Of a DNA stretch of 64,000 bases, positions 29,332 to 38,663 are shown in pieces. The notes beneath the pieces were generated by a model, which did no database searches, was not told the DNA's origin, and saw only the letters and a list, made by a program, of their open reading frames with translations. The stretch spans positions 1,664,001 to 1,728,000 of the forward strand of contig CAWKKR010000008.1 of NCBI GenBank assembly GCA_963850305.1, in the 5' to 3' direction. The translations under genes were made by a program, and so were the position numbers. This DNA is from an uncultured delta proteobacterium. Lineage in GTDB: Bacteria > Myxococcota_A > Polyangia > Polyangiales > Polyangiaceae. Positions within the stretch are counted from its first letter, which is position 1. Every line of letters begins with the position of its first letter.

Positions 29332-31128
29332 ATGGAGAGTGATGTCTTGATTGAAACAAATCGTCCGGTCGTCGCGCTTCTCGAGGCGCGGATGAAGAGC
29401 GAACTCTCGCGGCTCGTGGAGAAGCATGGCGGTACGCCGCTCTGCGTGCCTGCGGTGGGGGAGAAGCCGGTGCTCACCCTCGAAGCGATCGCGCGCTTCA
29501 TGGACGATCTCGAGGAAGGCGGACGCGACGTGGTCATCTTCATGACCGGCGTCGCCGTGTCGTTGCTCTTCGAAGCCGCGGACCAGCTCGGCCGTCGTGC
29601 AGAGCTGGTGACGGCGCTGAAGCGCGCCACGACGATCTGCAGGGGACCGAAACCCACGGCCGCGCTCCGCGGCTTCGGTGTGCCCCCGACGATCAGCGCT
29701 CGCGAACCGTTCACGGCGGCCGAGCTCATCGACGCGTTCGCGGATCTCGAGGTCGTCGGACGTCGCGTCGTGCTCTTCAACTATGGCGAGCGGAGCGAGA
29801 CGCTCTCCGAGACGCTCCTCGCGCGCCAGGCGGATCTTCGCGAGATCTGGCTTTACAAGTGGACGGTGCCGGCGGACTCGGCGCCACTCGAGGCACTGGT
29901 GCGCTCGATAATCGCGGGCGAGGTCACCGCTCTCGCCGTCACCTGTCAGATCCAGTTTCGGAACCTGTACCAGGTGGCCGAGCGCATCGACCTCGGACGC
30001 GAGCTGGTGCGCGCTCTGAACGACCGTGTCGTCGTCGGAGCGGTGGGTCCGACGTGCCGCGCGATCCTCGAGGCCTACGGCGTGGAGCCGAAAGTGACTC
30101 CGGAATATCCGAAGATGGGCCCGCTCGTGACGGCGCTCATGCGGTATCTGGATCTCAAGGCGCAACACGCGGGCGCCCGCCGCGACCGGATCGGCGTGAA
30201 GGGGGTGCTTCTGTGCTCGGTCCTGGCTCTGTCCACGTCCGTCACGCCGGCGATGGCGGACGAAGCCGCCGCGCCCGTGCCGGCACCAGCACCGGCTCCG
30301 TACTCGCTACCGTTCCAGCTCCGCCCCGCGCTGCCCGGGAACGCAGTCCGGCTCGATACGTCCCTGGCGTTCTACGAGGACCCGAAGACGCACGATGCCG
30401 GGACGACCACCACCCCGTTCCTGCTTTTCTCGTACAAGGTGACCGACTCGTTCGCTCCTCTGATCCGGATCGGCGCGGTGCAAAACTCGCCTCCGGCGGG
30501 CGATGGCAGCAGCGCGTTCGGTCTCTTGAATCCTGCGGTCGGTGGCACGTACGGGTTCAAGCCGATACCGAGCTTGCGCATCGGTCTTTTTCTCGGAGTC
30601 ACCATCCCGGTGGGGTTGGGAGGTGGCGATCATCCCAATGCCGCCTCGGCTCTCGCGCGCAGCGTCGGCCTCTACGCTCGCTCGGCGATGGATAACGCCA
30701 TGTTTGCGGTCAACGATCTCACGATCTTCCCCGGGGTCGACGTTGCCTATGTCGCCGGCGGCTTCACGGCACAGGCCGAAGCAACGTTGCTCCAGCTCAC
30801 GCGGGTGCGCGGCGCGGACAGCCAGCCCGATGCACACCGGACGAACTTCACCGCCGGGGTTCACGTCGGATATTTCATCATCCCGATGCTGTCGCTCGGA
30901 GCGGAGCTCCGGCACCAGCGCTGGCTCTCCACGCCGAAGGCGGTAGCCGCGGACAAGACGGGCACGCTGCGCGACAACACGACGGTCGCCTTCGGTCCGC
31001 GGATGCACTTCGAGGTCGCACCGGGAAAGTGGCTGCACCCTGGCATCTCGCTGACGCTCCCGCTCGACGATCCGATGAAGAAGAACAGCTACAAGATCGT
31101 CCAGCTCGACATTCCGTTTTCGTTCTGA
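29332..31128 (+). CDS. Uroporphyrinogen-III synthase (HemD)-like domain fused in frame to a putative outer-membrane beta-barrel
   Basis: About aa 1-280: LLEARM..EL..LVEKHGG.P, IFMTGV, CRGPKP..AL, YKW, AVGPTC...L...GV, P.MG. Then a signal-peptide-like stretch, a Pro/Ala linker and beta-strands ending in aromatic LDIPFSF. Confidence 0.75.
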   Translation: MESDVLIETNRPVVALLEARMKSELSRLVEKHGGTPLCVPAVGEKPVLTLEAIARFMDDLEEGGRDVVIFMTGVAVSLLFEAADQLGRRAELVTALKRATTICRGPKPTAALRGFGVPPTISAREPFTAAELIDAFADLEVVGRRVVLFNYGERSETLSETLLARQADLREIWLYKWTVPADSAPLEALVRSIIAGEVTALAVTCQIQFRNLYQVAERIDLGRELVRALNDRVVVGAVGPTCRAILEAYGVEPKVTPEYPKMGPLVTALMRYLDLKAQHAGARRDRIGVKGVLLCSVLALSTSVTPAMADEAAAPVPAPAPAPYSLPFQLRPALPGNAVRLDTSLAFYEDPKTHDAGTTTTPFLLFSYKVTDSFAPLIRIGAVQNSPPAGDGSSAFGLLNPAVGGTYGFKPIPSLRIGLFLGVTIPVGLGGGDHPNAASALARSVGLYARSAMDNAMFAVNDLTIFPGVDVAYVAGGFTAQAEATLLQLTRVRGADSQPDAHRTNFTAGVHVGYFIIPMLSLGAELRHQRWLSTPKAVAADKTGTLRDNTTVAFGPRMHFEVAPGKWLHPGISLTLPLDDPMKKNSYKIVQLDIPFSF

Positions 31129-31233
31129 GCCCGCCTTTCGAGTCTGCCAGAGCCCTCGAGGACCTCATGAGCCAGCACGGTGAACATTGGATTGATGAGC
31201 TCGCGACGGGCGTCCCGAGCGCTGGAGGCTGAA

Positions 31234-33849
31234 ATGGAAACGGAAGTGTTGCCGGTCCAGGGCTCCGGCGAGCATGCAGGGCCCCTCGGCTCGAGGCCAT
31301 CGCTCGTCGTCGTCGGTCACGGGATGGTCGGGCATCGCCTCGTCGAAGCACTCGCCGAGCGCGGTCTGACCGGCACCTTCGACGTCACGGTGCTCGCGGA
31401 AGAGCCGCGCCGCGCGTACGATCGGGTGAACCTATCCGCCTGGTTCGACGGACGTCACGAGGACGAGCTGACGCTCGCCTCCGCGACGCAATACGCCGAA
31501 TGGGGCGTCGAGGTACTACTCGGCGAATCCGCGTCGGAGCTCGATCGCGCTCGCCGCACGCTCCGGACGAATCGCGGCCGTGAGCTTCACTATGACAAGC
31601 TCGTGCTCGCGACGGGGTCGTATCCCTTCGTGCCGTCGATCGCCGGCAAGGATCTCCGCGGGTGCTTCGTTTACCGCACTCTCGACGATCTCGCGGCGAT
31701 TCGAGACGCCTCTGCAACCGCGAAGAGCGGCGTCGTCATCGGCGGCGGATTGCTCGGCCTGGAGGCGGCCAAGGCGCTTCATTCTCTCGGACTCCTAACG
31801 CACGTCATCGAGTTCGCACCTCGGTTGATGCCGCTTCAGGTGGACGACGTGGGCGCCGCGGTGCTCCGGAGCCGCATCGAGGCGCTCGGCATCGTCGTTC
31901 ACACGAGCGCGAAGACCCAATCGATCCTGGCGGACGACGAGGGGCGAGTCTCCGCCGTTCGGTTCGAGGACGAGGGCGAGCTCCCGGCGGACATCGTCGT
32001 ATTCTCGGCGGGGATCCGTGCGCGCGACGAGCTCGCGCGCCATTCCGGACTCGCGCTCGGCGACCGCGGCGGCATCGCGATCGACGAGAGTTGCCGGACC
32101 ACGGACCCCGACGTGTTCGCCATCGGTGAATGCGCGGCGCTCGCCAACCGGACGTATGGTCTGGTGGCCCCCGGATACCGCATGGCCGAGGTCGTCGCGG
32201 CCCAGCTCGCCAGCGACGCCGGGGCGTTCACCGGGTTCGACATGAGCACGAAGCTCAAGCTCCTCGGCGTGGACGTCGCGAGCTTCGGAGACGCGTTCGG
32301 CGTGACCGCGGGCTCGAAAGTCGTCAGTCTCTTCGACGGCGCCACCGGCATCTACAAGAAGCTCGTCCTCAGCGACGACCGGAAGAAGGTCCTCGGCGGC
32401 ATTCTGGTGGGCGATGCGTCCTCCTACGCCGAGCTCTCCAGTCATGCCAAGAGCGGGACCGAGATCACCCAACGCCCCGAGCATCTGCTCGTTCCGCCGC
32501 CCGATGGCCCCGTCAAGACGCGCGGCGTCCTGGCGCTGTCGGATTCGGCGATCATCTGCTCGTGTCACAACATCGAAAAGCGCGCCATCTGCGGCGCGAT
32601 CCGCGAAAGGAATCTCACCGACGTCGGCGCCATCAAGGCTTGCACGAAGGCAGGTTCGGGCTGCGGTTCGTGCGTGACGCTGGTCAGCGAGCTCCTGAAG
32701 CACGAGCTCACCCGTGCCGGCGTGGCGGTGAAGAACCATCTCTGCGAGCACTTCGAATACTCCCGCGCCGAGCTCCATCATCTCGTGCGCGTCGAGAAGA
32801 TTCACTCGTTCGACGAGCTCGTCCGCAGGCGCGGGAAGGGAGCAGGGTGCGAGATCTGCAAGCCTGCCGTCGCCTCCATCCTCGCATCGACGTGGAACGA
32901 GCACGTGCTCGAAAAGGACCGCGTCGGCCTCCAGGACACGAACGATCGCTTTCTCGCGAACATTCAGCGCGACGGCACCTACTCGGTCGTTCCGAGGTTG
33001 GCGGGAGGAGAAGTGACGCCGGATCAGCTCATCGCAATCGGGCGCGTCGCGAAGAAGTACGGCCTTTACACCAAGATCACCGGCGGCCAGCGCGTCGACC
33101 TCTTCGGCGCGCGGCTCGAGCAGCTACCGCTCATCTGGGCTGAGCTCGGCGCCGCGGGGCTCGAGTCCGGGCACGCATACGGCAAGGCGCTCCGGACGGT
33201 GAAGTCCTGCGTCGGAAGCACCTGGTGCCGCTTTGGCGTGCAGGACTCGGTCGGGTTCGCGGTTCGGATCGAGAATCGATACAAGGGGCTCAGGAGTCCG
33301 CACAAGCTGAAGGGCGCGGTGTCGGGCTGCGCCCGAGAGTGCGCCGAAGCACAGGGCAAGGACTTCGGCATCATCGCGACGGACAAGGGCTACAACCTCT
33401 ACGTGTGCGGCAACGGCGGAATGAAGCCGCAGCACGCCGTGCTGCTCGCTGCGGATCTGGACGAGGAAACGACGCTCCGTTATCTGGACCGGTTCCTGAT
33501 GTTCTACGTTCGCACGGCGGACAGGCTCCAGCGCACCGCCTCGTGGTTCAACAGCCTCGAAGGGGGGATCGAGTATCTGAAGCACGTCGTCATAGAGGAT
33601 TCCCTCGGCATTGCCGTCGAGCTGGAGGCGGACATGCAGCACATCGTCGACACGTACGAGTGCGAGTGGAAGGCAACGCTCTCCGACCCCGACAAGCGTA
33701 AGTTCTTCCGTGCATTCGTGAACTCGGACGCCCCCGATCCCAGCGTCGTCATGGTAAAAGAACGCGCTCAACATCGGCCGGCCCAATGGAAAGAAAAAGA
33801 GGCGTTCGCGAGCCCGACTCGGTTCCGGTTGCCGGTTCTCCCGGCGTGA
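31234..33849 (+). CDS. nirB: NADH-dependent nitrite reductase large subunit
   Basis: VVGHGMVG, GGGLLGLEAA, CSCHN...AGSGCGSC, CEHF, GCEICKP, KITGGQR, siroheme ligands CVGSTWC and GCARECA; GGAGG RBS. Confidence 0.95.
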   Translation: METEVLPVQGSGEHAGPLGSRPSLVVVGHGMVGHRLVEALAERGLTGTFDVTVLAEEPRRAYDRVNLSAWFDGRHEDELTLASATQYAEWGVEVLLGESASELDRARRTLRTNRGRELHYDKLVLATGSYPFVPSIAGKDLRGCFVYRTLDDLAAIRDASATAKSGVVIGGGLLGLEAAKALHSLGLLTHVIEFAPRLMPLQVDDVGAAVLRSRIEALGIVVHTSAKTQSILADDEGRVSAVRFEDEGELPADIVVFSAGIRARDELARHSGLALGDRGGIAIDESCRTTDPDVFAIGECAALANRTYGLVAPGYRMAEVVAAQLASDAGAFTGFDMSTKLKLLGVDVASFGDAFGVTAGSKVVSLFDGATGIYKKLVLSDDRKKVLGGILVGDASSYAELSSHAKSGTEITQRPEHLLVPPPDGPVKTRGVLALSDSAIICSCHNIEKRAICGAIRERNLTDVGAIKACTKAGSGCGSCVTLVSELLKHELTRAGVAVKNHLCEHFEYSRAELHHLVRVEKIHSFDELVRRRGKGAGCEICKPAVASILASTWNEHVLEKDRVGLQDTNDRFLANIQRDGTYSVVPRLAGGEVTPDQLIAIGRVAKKYGLYTKITGGQRVDLFGARLEQLPLIWAELGAAGLESGHAYGKALRTVKSCVGSTWCRFGVQDSVGFAVRIENRYKGLRSPHKLKGAVSGCARECAEAQGKDFGIIATDKGYNLYVCGNGGMKPQHAVLLAADLDEETTLRYLDRFLMFYVRTADRLQRTASWFNSLEGGIEYLKHVVIEDSLGIAVELEADMQHIVDTYECEWKATLSDPDKRKFFRAFVNSDAPDPSVVMVKERAQHRPAQWKEKEAFASPTRFRLPVLPA

Positions 33850-34250
33850 CCGACATGGATCCGGAGGCACGCGCGTCGGCTGAAGAGCGGAGTCGGACTC
33901 CCGTCGACAACCTGGCGTGGGTCGACGTCTGCGCGCTCGAGGACATCGTTCCGGGGACGGGCGTGGCCGCGCTGATTTACGGCGTGCAAGTGGCCGTCAT
34001 CCGCCCACGAGAAGGGGAACGCGTTTACGCGCTTTCCAACTTCGACCCGTTCAGTCGTGCGTTCGTGATCGCGAGGGGCATCGTCGGGGATCGCGGGGGC
34101 GTGGCCAAGATTGCGTCGCCGATCTACAAGCAGAATTTCGAGCTCGAGACCGGGCAATGTCTCGACGACCCTTCCGTGCGGCTGGACGTCTACGCTACGC
34201 AGGTCGTCGGTGGCCGAGTGCAGGTGGGGGTCGGCGTTTGGATGGAATGA
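33846..34250 (+). CDS. nirD: Nitrite reductase small subunit
   Basis: WVDVC.LEDI.PGTGVAAL, YALSNFDPFS.A.VIARGIVGD, ASPIYKQNF.L.TGQC; GTGA overlap with nirB. Confidence 0.93.
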   Translation: MTDMDPEARASAEERSRTPVDNLAWVDVCALEDIVPGTGVAALIYGVQVAVIRPREGERVYALSNFDPFSRAFVIARGIVGDRGGVAKIASPIYKQNFELETGQCLDDPSVRLDVYATQVVGGRVQVGVGVWME

Positions 34251-35443
34251 CGATCTCGTACGACGACGCGCTGACGCGCGTTCTTGCGAAGGCGCCTGCC
34301 CTGGGTACGGAGAGCGTCGGGCTCGAAGAAGCGCTCGGCCGGGTCCTCGCCGAGAACGTGTGCGCGGCGAGCCCGCTGCCTGCGTTCGATCATGGAGCGA
34401 TGGACGGTTACGCGGTCGATACCGGATCGTTCGGCGGTAGCGCGCCTTTCGAGTTTCGTGTCTCCGGGGAGAGCCGCACGGGCAAGGTGCCGCCGGCGCT
34501 CTTGCCGGGCACCGCCTGTCGGATCTTCACCGGGGCACCGATGCCCGCGGGCGCCGATGCCGTCATTCCGCAGGAAGACGCCGAACGCAGCGGGGATGTC
34601 GTCTCGTTCGCAAGTCGACCGATGAGCTTTGCTCACGTGCGTCGTCGAGGTGAGGACCTCGAACGGGGCGTCATCGCACTCGAATCGGGGACGCGCCTCG
34701 GGGCGTATCAGCTCGGACTACTCGCGGCCGTCGACCGGGCCAGCGTCGTCGTGGCTCGACGACCGCGTGTGACGCTTCTATCGACGGGGGACGAGCTGCG
34801 TCCGTCCGGCGCACCCGGGCACCCCGCCAGTATTCCGGAGTCGAACGGCATCGTCGTTCGGGCCCTGGCGTCGGAGGCCGGCGCCGCGATCGTCGGACGA
34901 GTCTTCGCGCACGATGAGCTCGCGGGGACGCTGCGCGCGGTGACGGATTCGCTCGACGCGTGCGATTTGTTGGTCACTATCGGCGGCGTGAGCGCCGGTG
35001 ACTACGACGTGGTGCGACCCGCGCTCGAGGTCGCGGGCGTCGTCCTCGACTTTTGCAGGGTCGCGATCAAACCAGGAAAGCCGCTGACCTTCGGGAACCG
35101 CGGCGACACGGTCGTGCTCGGGTTGCCCGGTAATCCCATGTCGGCGCAAGTGACTTTCTCCCTGTTCGGAGTGCCGTTGCTCCGTCGTATGCAAGGTGAG
35201 AACCGAGTGATGCCTTCCCCATGGCGTTTGCGTCTCGGCGCGCCCATCCGGCAAAAGCACGGTCGTCGCGGTTACTACGCCGCGACCGTCTCGGGCGAAG
35301 TCGCGACGCCTCTTGCCGGAAATCAATCGTCGGGTTCCGCGGTGAGTCTCGCGCGAGCCGAAGCGCTCGTCATCGTTCCGGAAGACAGCGACGGCATCGC
35401 AGAAGGCGAGTGGGTGGATGCACTGTCACTCCGTTGCTCATGA
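34247..35443 (+). CDS. moeA: Molybdopterin molybdenumtransferase
   Basis: ALGRVLAE, AMDGYAV, RIFTGAPMPAGADAV, STGDEL, GGVSAGDYD, KPGKP, LPGNP; ATGA overlap with nirD. Confidence 0.95.
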   Translation: MTISYDDALTRVLAKAPALGTESVGLEEALGRVLAENVCAASPLPAFDHGAMDGYAVDTGSFGGSAPFEFRVSGESRTGKVPPALLPGTACRIFTGAPMPAGADAVIPQEDAERSGDVVSFASRPMSFAHVRRRGEDLERGVIALESGTRLGAYQLGLLAAVDRASVVVARRPRVTLLSTGDELRPSGAPGHPASIPESNGIVVRALASEAGAAIVGRVFAHDELAGTLRAVTDSLDACDLLVTIGGVSAGDYDVVRPALEVAGVVLDFCRVAIKPGKPLTFGNRGDTVVLGLPGNPMSAQVTFSLFGVPLLRRMQGENRVMPSPWRLRLGAPIRQKHGRRGYYAATVSGEVATPLAGNQSSGSAVSLARAEALVIVPEDSDGIAEGEWVDALSLRCS

Positions 35444-36066
35444 GCCGCGGACTATTTTCTGGGGGGCGGGAGCCCGTGACCGACGCCCTCGTCGTGGGGA
35501 TCTTCGTCGGAGGTCGCGCGGCGAGAATGGGCGGCGTGGACAAGTGGCTGCTTCCTGTGCCGGACACGGGCGAGCCCATCGCCGGACGGCTGGCGCGACT
35601 CTGTCGTGAGGCGTTGCCGAGCGCGTCCATCGTGCTGGTCGGAACCTCACGAGTACCCGCCCCGTTCGAAGCCGAATGCGTCGAGGACGAGCCGCCCGGC
35701 GTCGGGCCGCTCGGTGGTCTCGCCGCATTGCTCGCCTGCGCCGAACGTCGTGCATCGTGTGCGCTCGCGTTCGGTGGCGACATGCCCTACGTCTCGCCTC
35801 GCTTGCTCACGCATCTCGCCGGATCTGCACCCGCAGCCTCCGCACTCGCACCGAAGCTCGACGACCGCTGGCATCCGCTATTCGCCCGTTACGAGCCGTC
35901 CGTCTGTCTCCCCATCGTCCGAAGCCTGATCGCGCAACGACGTCACGCCCTTCACGGCGTCTTCGATGCGCTCGGCGAGCGCGCGTCGGTCCTTCCACTG
36001 GACGCGGACGCCGCGAAAGAGCTCCGCGACTGGGACACCCCAGCGGATCGACTGGCGACGCGATGA
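35440..36066 (+). CDS. mobA: Molybdenum cofactor guanylyltransferase
   Basis: GGRAARMGGVDK, GPLGGL, GDMP, HPLFARY, DWDTP; ATGA overlap with moeA. Confidence 0.8.
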   Translation: MSRGLFSGGREPVTDALVVGIFVGGRAARMGGVDKWLLPVPDTGEPIAGRLARLCREALPSASIVLVGTSRVPAPFEAECVEDEPPGVGPLGGLAALLACAERRASCALAFGGDMPYVSPRLLTHLAGSAPAASALAPKLDDRWHPLFARYEPSVCLPIVRSLIAQRRHALHGVFDALGERASVLPLDADAAKELRDWDTPADRLATR

Positions 36067-36144
36067 ACCGTACCCTTCGCGTCCCTCGGGCGTCCCTCGT
36101 CGTACGAGCGCTTCGCGGCAGCGCCGATGGCGCTCTTGCTATCG

Positions 36145-36204
36145 TGCTGGGTCGGGCAGGTACCCTCGGTGGGTGAAGCAGGACACCCCGGTGGGTGAAG
36201 CAGG
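36145..36204. repeat. Intergenic direct repeats with a 22-bp period
   Basis: CGGTGGGTGAAGCAGG at 36167 and 36189 (identical), plus a degenerate copy TGCTGGGTCGGGCAGG at 36145. Confidence 0.7.
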
Positions 36205-36342
36205 TGACGCCGAACTCGGCCCGCGCGCGAGAGTGGGCGTTACTCCGACGCGCTTGCGCGGCTGCGGCTCGCCCCTTGCGATGAATCCTGACCCACCGGC
36301 GTCGTGGGTCTCATGCCGCGCTCGTCCCCGCGGTGCGGCCCA

Positions 36343-37332
36343 TCACTCGGAGACGTTGCCGTCGGTCCACGCAGTTCCATTGAAGTGGAGGATCGTGCCG
36401 TGCGCTCCGACGGCCCAGGCGTCACCGGGCGCGGTGGCCCAGACGCCCCTCAGGTTTTCCGTCGTCCCGCTCGGCGACGCGGACCACGATTTGCCGTCGA
36501 AGTGTTCGACCGTGCCGCTCAGGCCGACGGCCCATACGTCGTCAGAGCCCGTTCCGGACACGGCCATCAATGCGCCCTTTCTTGCGTCGTCAGCCGTCAT
36601 CCATCGTCGGCCATCCCAATGCTGGAACGAGCCCTCGAACGGCGCGACCCACACGCTGGTGGCGGAATCACCCCAGAGTCCCCGGATTGAAGCGCCCTGA
36701 TAGCCGACGACATCGAAGGGAATTTCCGGCCCTCCGCGAACGAGTAGTCCACTTCCGCTCGAGTCCGTCCCGGCGATCCAGACATCCGCGGGCGCGCTTC
36801 CCCACACCGCCCAGAACGTCGTTTGCAGGTTGTACTCCGCGAGGTCCCAGCGCGAGCCATCCCAGCGCATCAGTATACCGGCGGCGTCGAGATCCGAGAA
36901 ACCGACTGCCCACACATCATCCGGAGCGCTGCTCCACACGCCGAGCAAGAGCGAATCCGGCTCGGTGTACGAGCGGCTGAAGCTCGCTCCATCCCATTTC
37001 AGGACCACGCCCTCGCCGACCACCCAGACGTCCGCGGGCCCGGTACCGAAGACACCGTGAAGGAGGGTGTCCGTGCCGCTCGGGACGCTCGACCAAGCGG
37101 CGCCATCGCCGTGAAGGATCACTCCGTCTTCACCGACGATCCAGAGGTCGTCGGGTCCGCTGGCCCAGATCGCGGAGAGATCATTGCTGGTGACGCGTGT
37201 ATGCGGTGAATCGTTTCCGGCGGAGCCGCCCGTTCCCTCGACCTTTCCGCCGCACGCGCCGACGCCAGTCATCAATAGCAGCGCGATCGATGGCACGAGC
37301 GCGTTCCGACGGGAGCTTCGCCCGCGCTTCAC
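36343..37332 (-). CDS. Beta-propeller-like repeat lipoprotein
   Basis: Lipobox VGAC; about 7 repeats of L..(I/V)W(G/A)S.P.DVW.VG...H(W/F)DG..W. Start inferred at GTG 37332. Confidence 0.78.
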   Translation of the reverse strand: MKRGRSSRRNALVPSIALLLMTGVGACGGKVEGTGGSAGNDSPHTRVTSNDLSAIWASGPDDLWIVGEDGVILHGDGAAWSSVPSGTDTLLHGVFGTGPADVWVVGEGVVLKWDGASFSRSYTEPDSLLLGVWSSAPDDVWAVGFSDLDAAGILMRWDGSRWDLAEYNLQTTFWAVWGSAPADVWIAGTDSSGSGLLVRGGPEIPFDVVGYQGASIRGLWGDSATSVWVAPFEGSFQHWDGRRWMTADDARKGALMAVSGTGSDDVWAVGLSGTVEHFDGKSWSASPSGTTENLRGVWATAPGDAWAVGAHGTILHFNGTAWTDGNVSE

Positions 37333-37555
37333 TGTCGACGGGGCCCGACGGGCAGGTGAGCCCGGCGCTTCTGGCCATCCAAGATGGGTTTCATGGTCTC
37401 GAGCATGAATCTTGGCCGAGTCCCGCACCGTGACCTCGTGCCCCTGGCGTCCATCGGAGCAGTGGATGTAGCACCGTCTGGAACGCGGCGATTCGAAATC
37501 CGGAATATCGAACGGTTCGCACCGTTTGGCCCGCCGTTGTAGAGTCGCCACGCCG

Positions 37556-38662
37556 ATGAAACCTCGGATTGGATTCGTGCTCGAACAGGCGCTGGGCCAT
37601 GTCGCTTACGGGATGAGCCTGCGCAAAGCGCTCGCTGAACGCACGGATATGGAGACGGTTTGGATCGAAATCCCGTTCGGTGAAGGGCGAATCGGGAGGA
37701 TCCCCACGTTCGGAAAGAACTGGACCGTGCGCGGCAGCTTACGCGCGAGAAGAGCGATCGGGGATGCTCACCGCGCGCGGCCCTTCGATGCGCTGTTCGT
37801 GCACACACAGACGATCGGACTGTTCTCGGGCGATTACATGGCCAAGGTGCCGACGCTCATGTCACTCGACGCGACGCCGCTGAACTACGATGAGCTGGCG
37901 TCGTGGTATGGCGACCGGGTTCACGTCGCTCCGATCGAGCGGCTGAAGCTCATGGCTCACCGGGCGGTCATGCGCCGCGCGAAGAAGTTCACGGTCTGGT
38001 CGGACTGGGCGAAGCGTTCGCTCGTGCGCGACTATGGGGTCGACGGACGCGGCGTCACCGTTCTTCATCCCGGGACGACGCTATCGAATTTTCCCGACCC
38101 CGAAGCACGCGGGGACCGCCGACCTGGTCCGATCCGCATCCTGTTCGTCGGGGGCGACTTCGTCCGGAAGGGCGGGGATCTCCTGCTCGACGTGTACTTT
38201 CGGCACCTGCGAAGATCCTGCGAGCTCCATCTCGTGACGGGCGCGGACGTGACCACCGGAGACGGAGTTCACGTTTACAAGGGGGTCAAGCCGCACTCCG
38301 AGGTTCTCCTGAAGCTCTATGCGGACGCGGACGTGTTCGTGCTCCCGACGCGCGGCGATTGTCTGGCCGTCGTCCTTGGCGAAGCCATGGCGTCCAGTCT
38401 GCCGATCATCACGACCCGGGTCGGGGCGCACGCGGAAGCCGTGGACGAAGGACAGAGCGGCTTCGTCATCGATCCGGACGACGGCGAGGCGCTTCGAGAC
38501 AGGCTCGAGCGACTCGTGCAGGATCCGTCGCTCGCCGGCCGGATGGGCCGCCGTTCGCGCGAGATCGGCGAGGCCCGCTTCGACATGCAAAAGAACGCGA
38601 ATCACATCGCCGACATGCTGCTCGAGCTGAGCGGGTTCGGTGCATCGCCTGCCAGGAGCTGA
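37556..38662 (+). CDS. GT4-family glycosyltransferase
   Basis: ILFVGGDFVRKGG, ADVFVLPT, EAMASSLPIITT.VG..EAV. Confidence 0.9.
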   Translation: MKPRIGFVLEQALGHVAYGMSLRKALAERTDMETVWIEIPFGEGRIGRIPTFGKNWTVRGSLRARRAIGDAHRARPFDALFVHTQTIGLFSGDYMAKVPTLMSLDATPLNYDELASWYGDRVHVAPIERLKLMAHRAVMRRAKKFTVWSDWAKRSLVRDYGVDGRGVTVLHPGTTLSNFPDPEARGDRRPGPIRILFVGGDFVRKGGDLLLDVYFRHLRRSCELHLVTGADVTTGDGVHVYKGVKPHSEVLLKLYADADVFVLPTRGDCLAVVLGEAMASSLPIITTRVGAHAEAVDEGQSGFVIDPDDGEALRDRLERLVQDPSLAGRMGRRSREIGEARFDMQKNANHIADMLLELSGFGASPARS

Positions 38663-38663
38663 G

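Noticed and set aside
19360..36066. Genomic island integrated at tRNA-Gln
   Set aside because: No integrase or transposase, no duplicated tRNA 3' end noticed, no obvious compositional shift.
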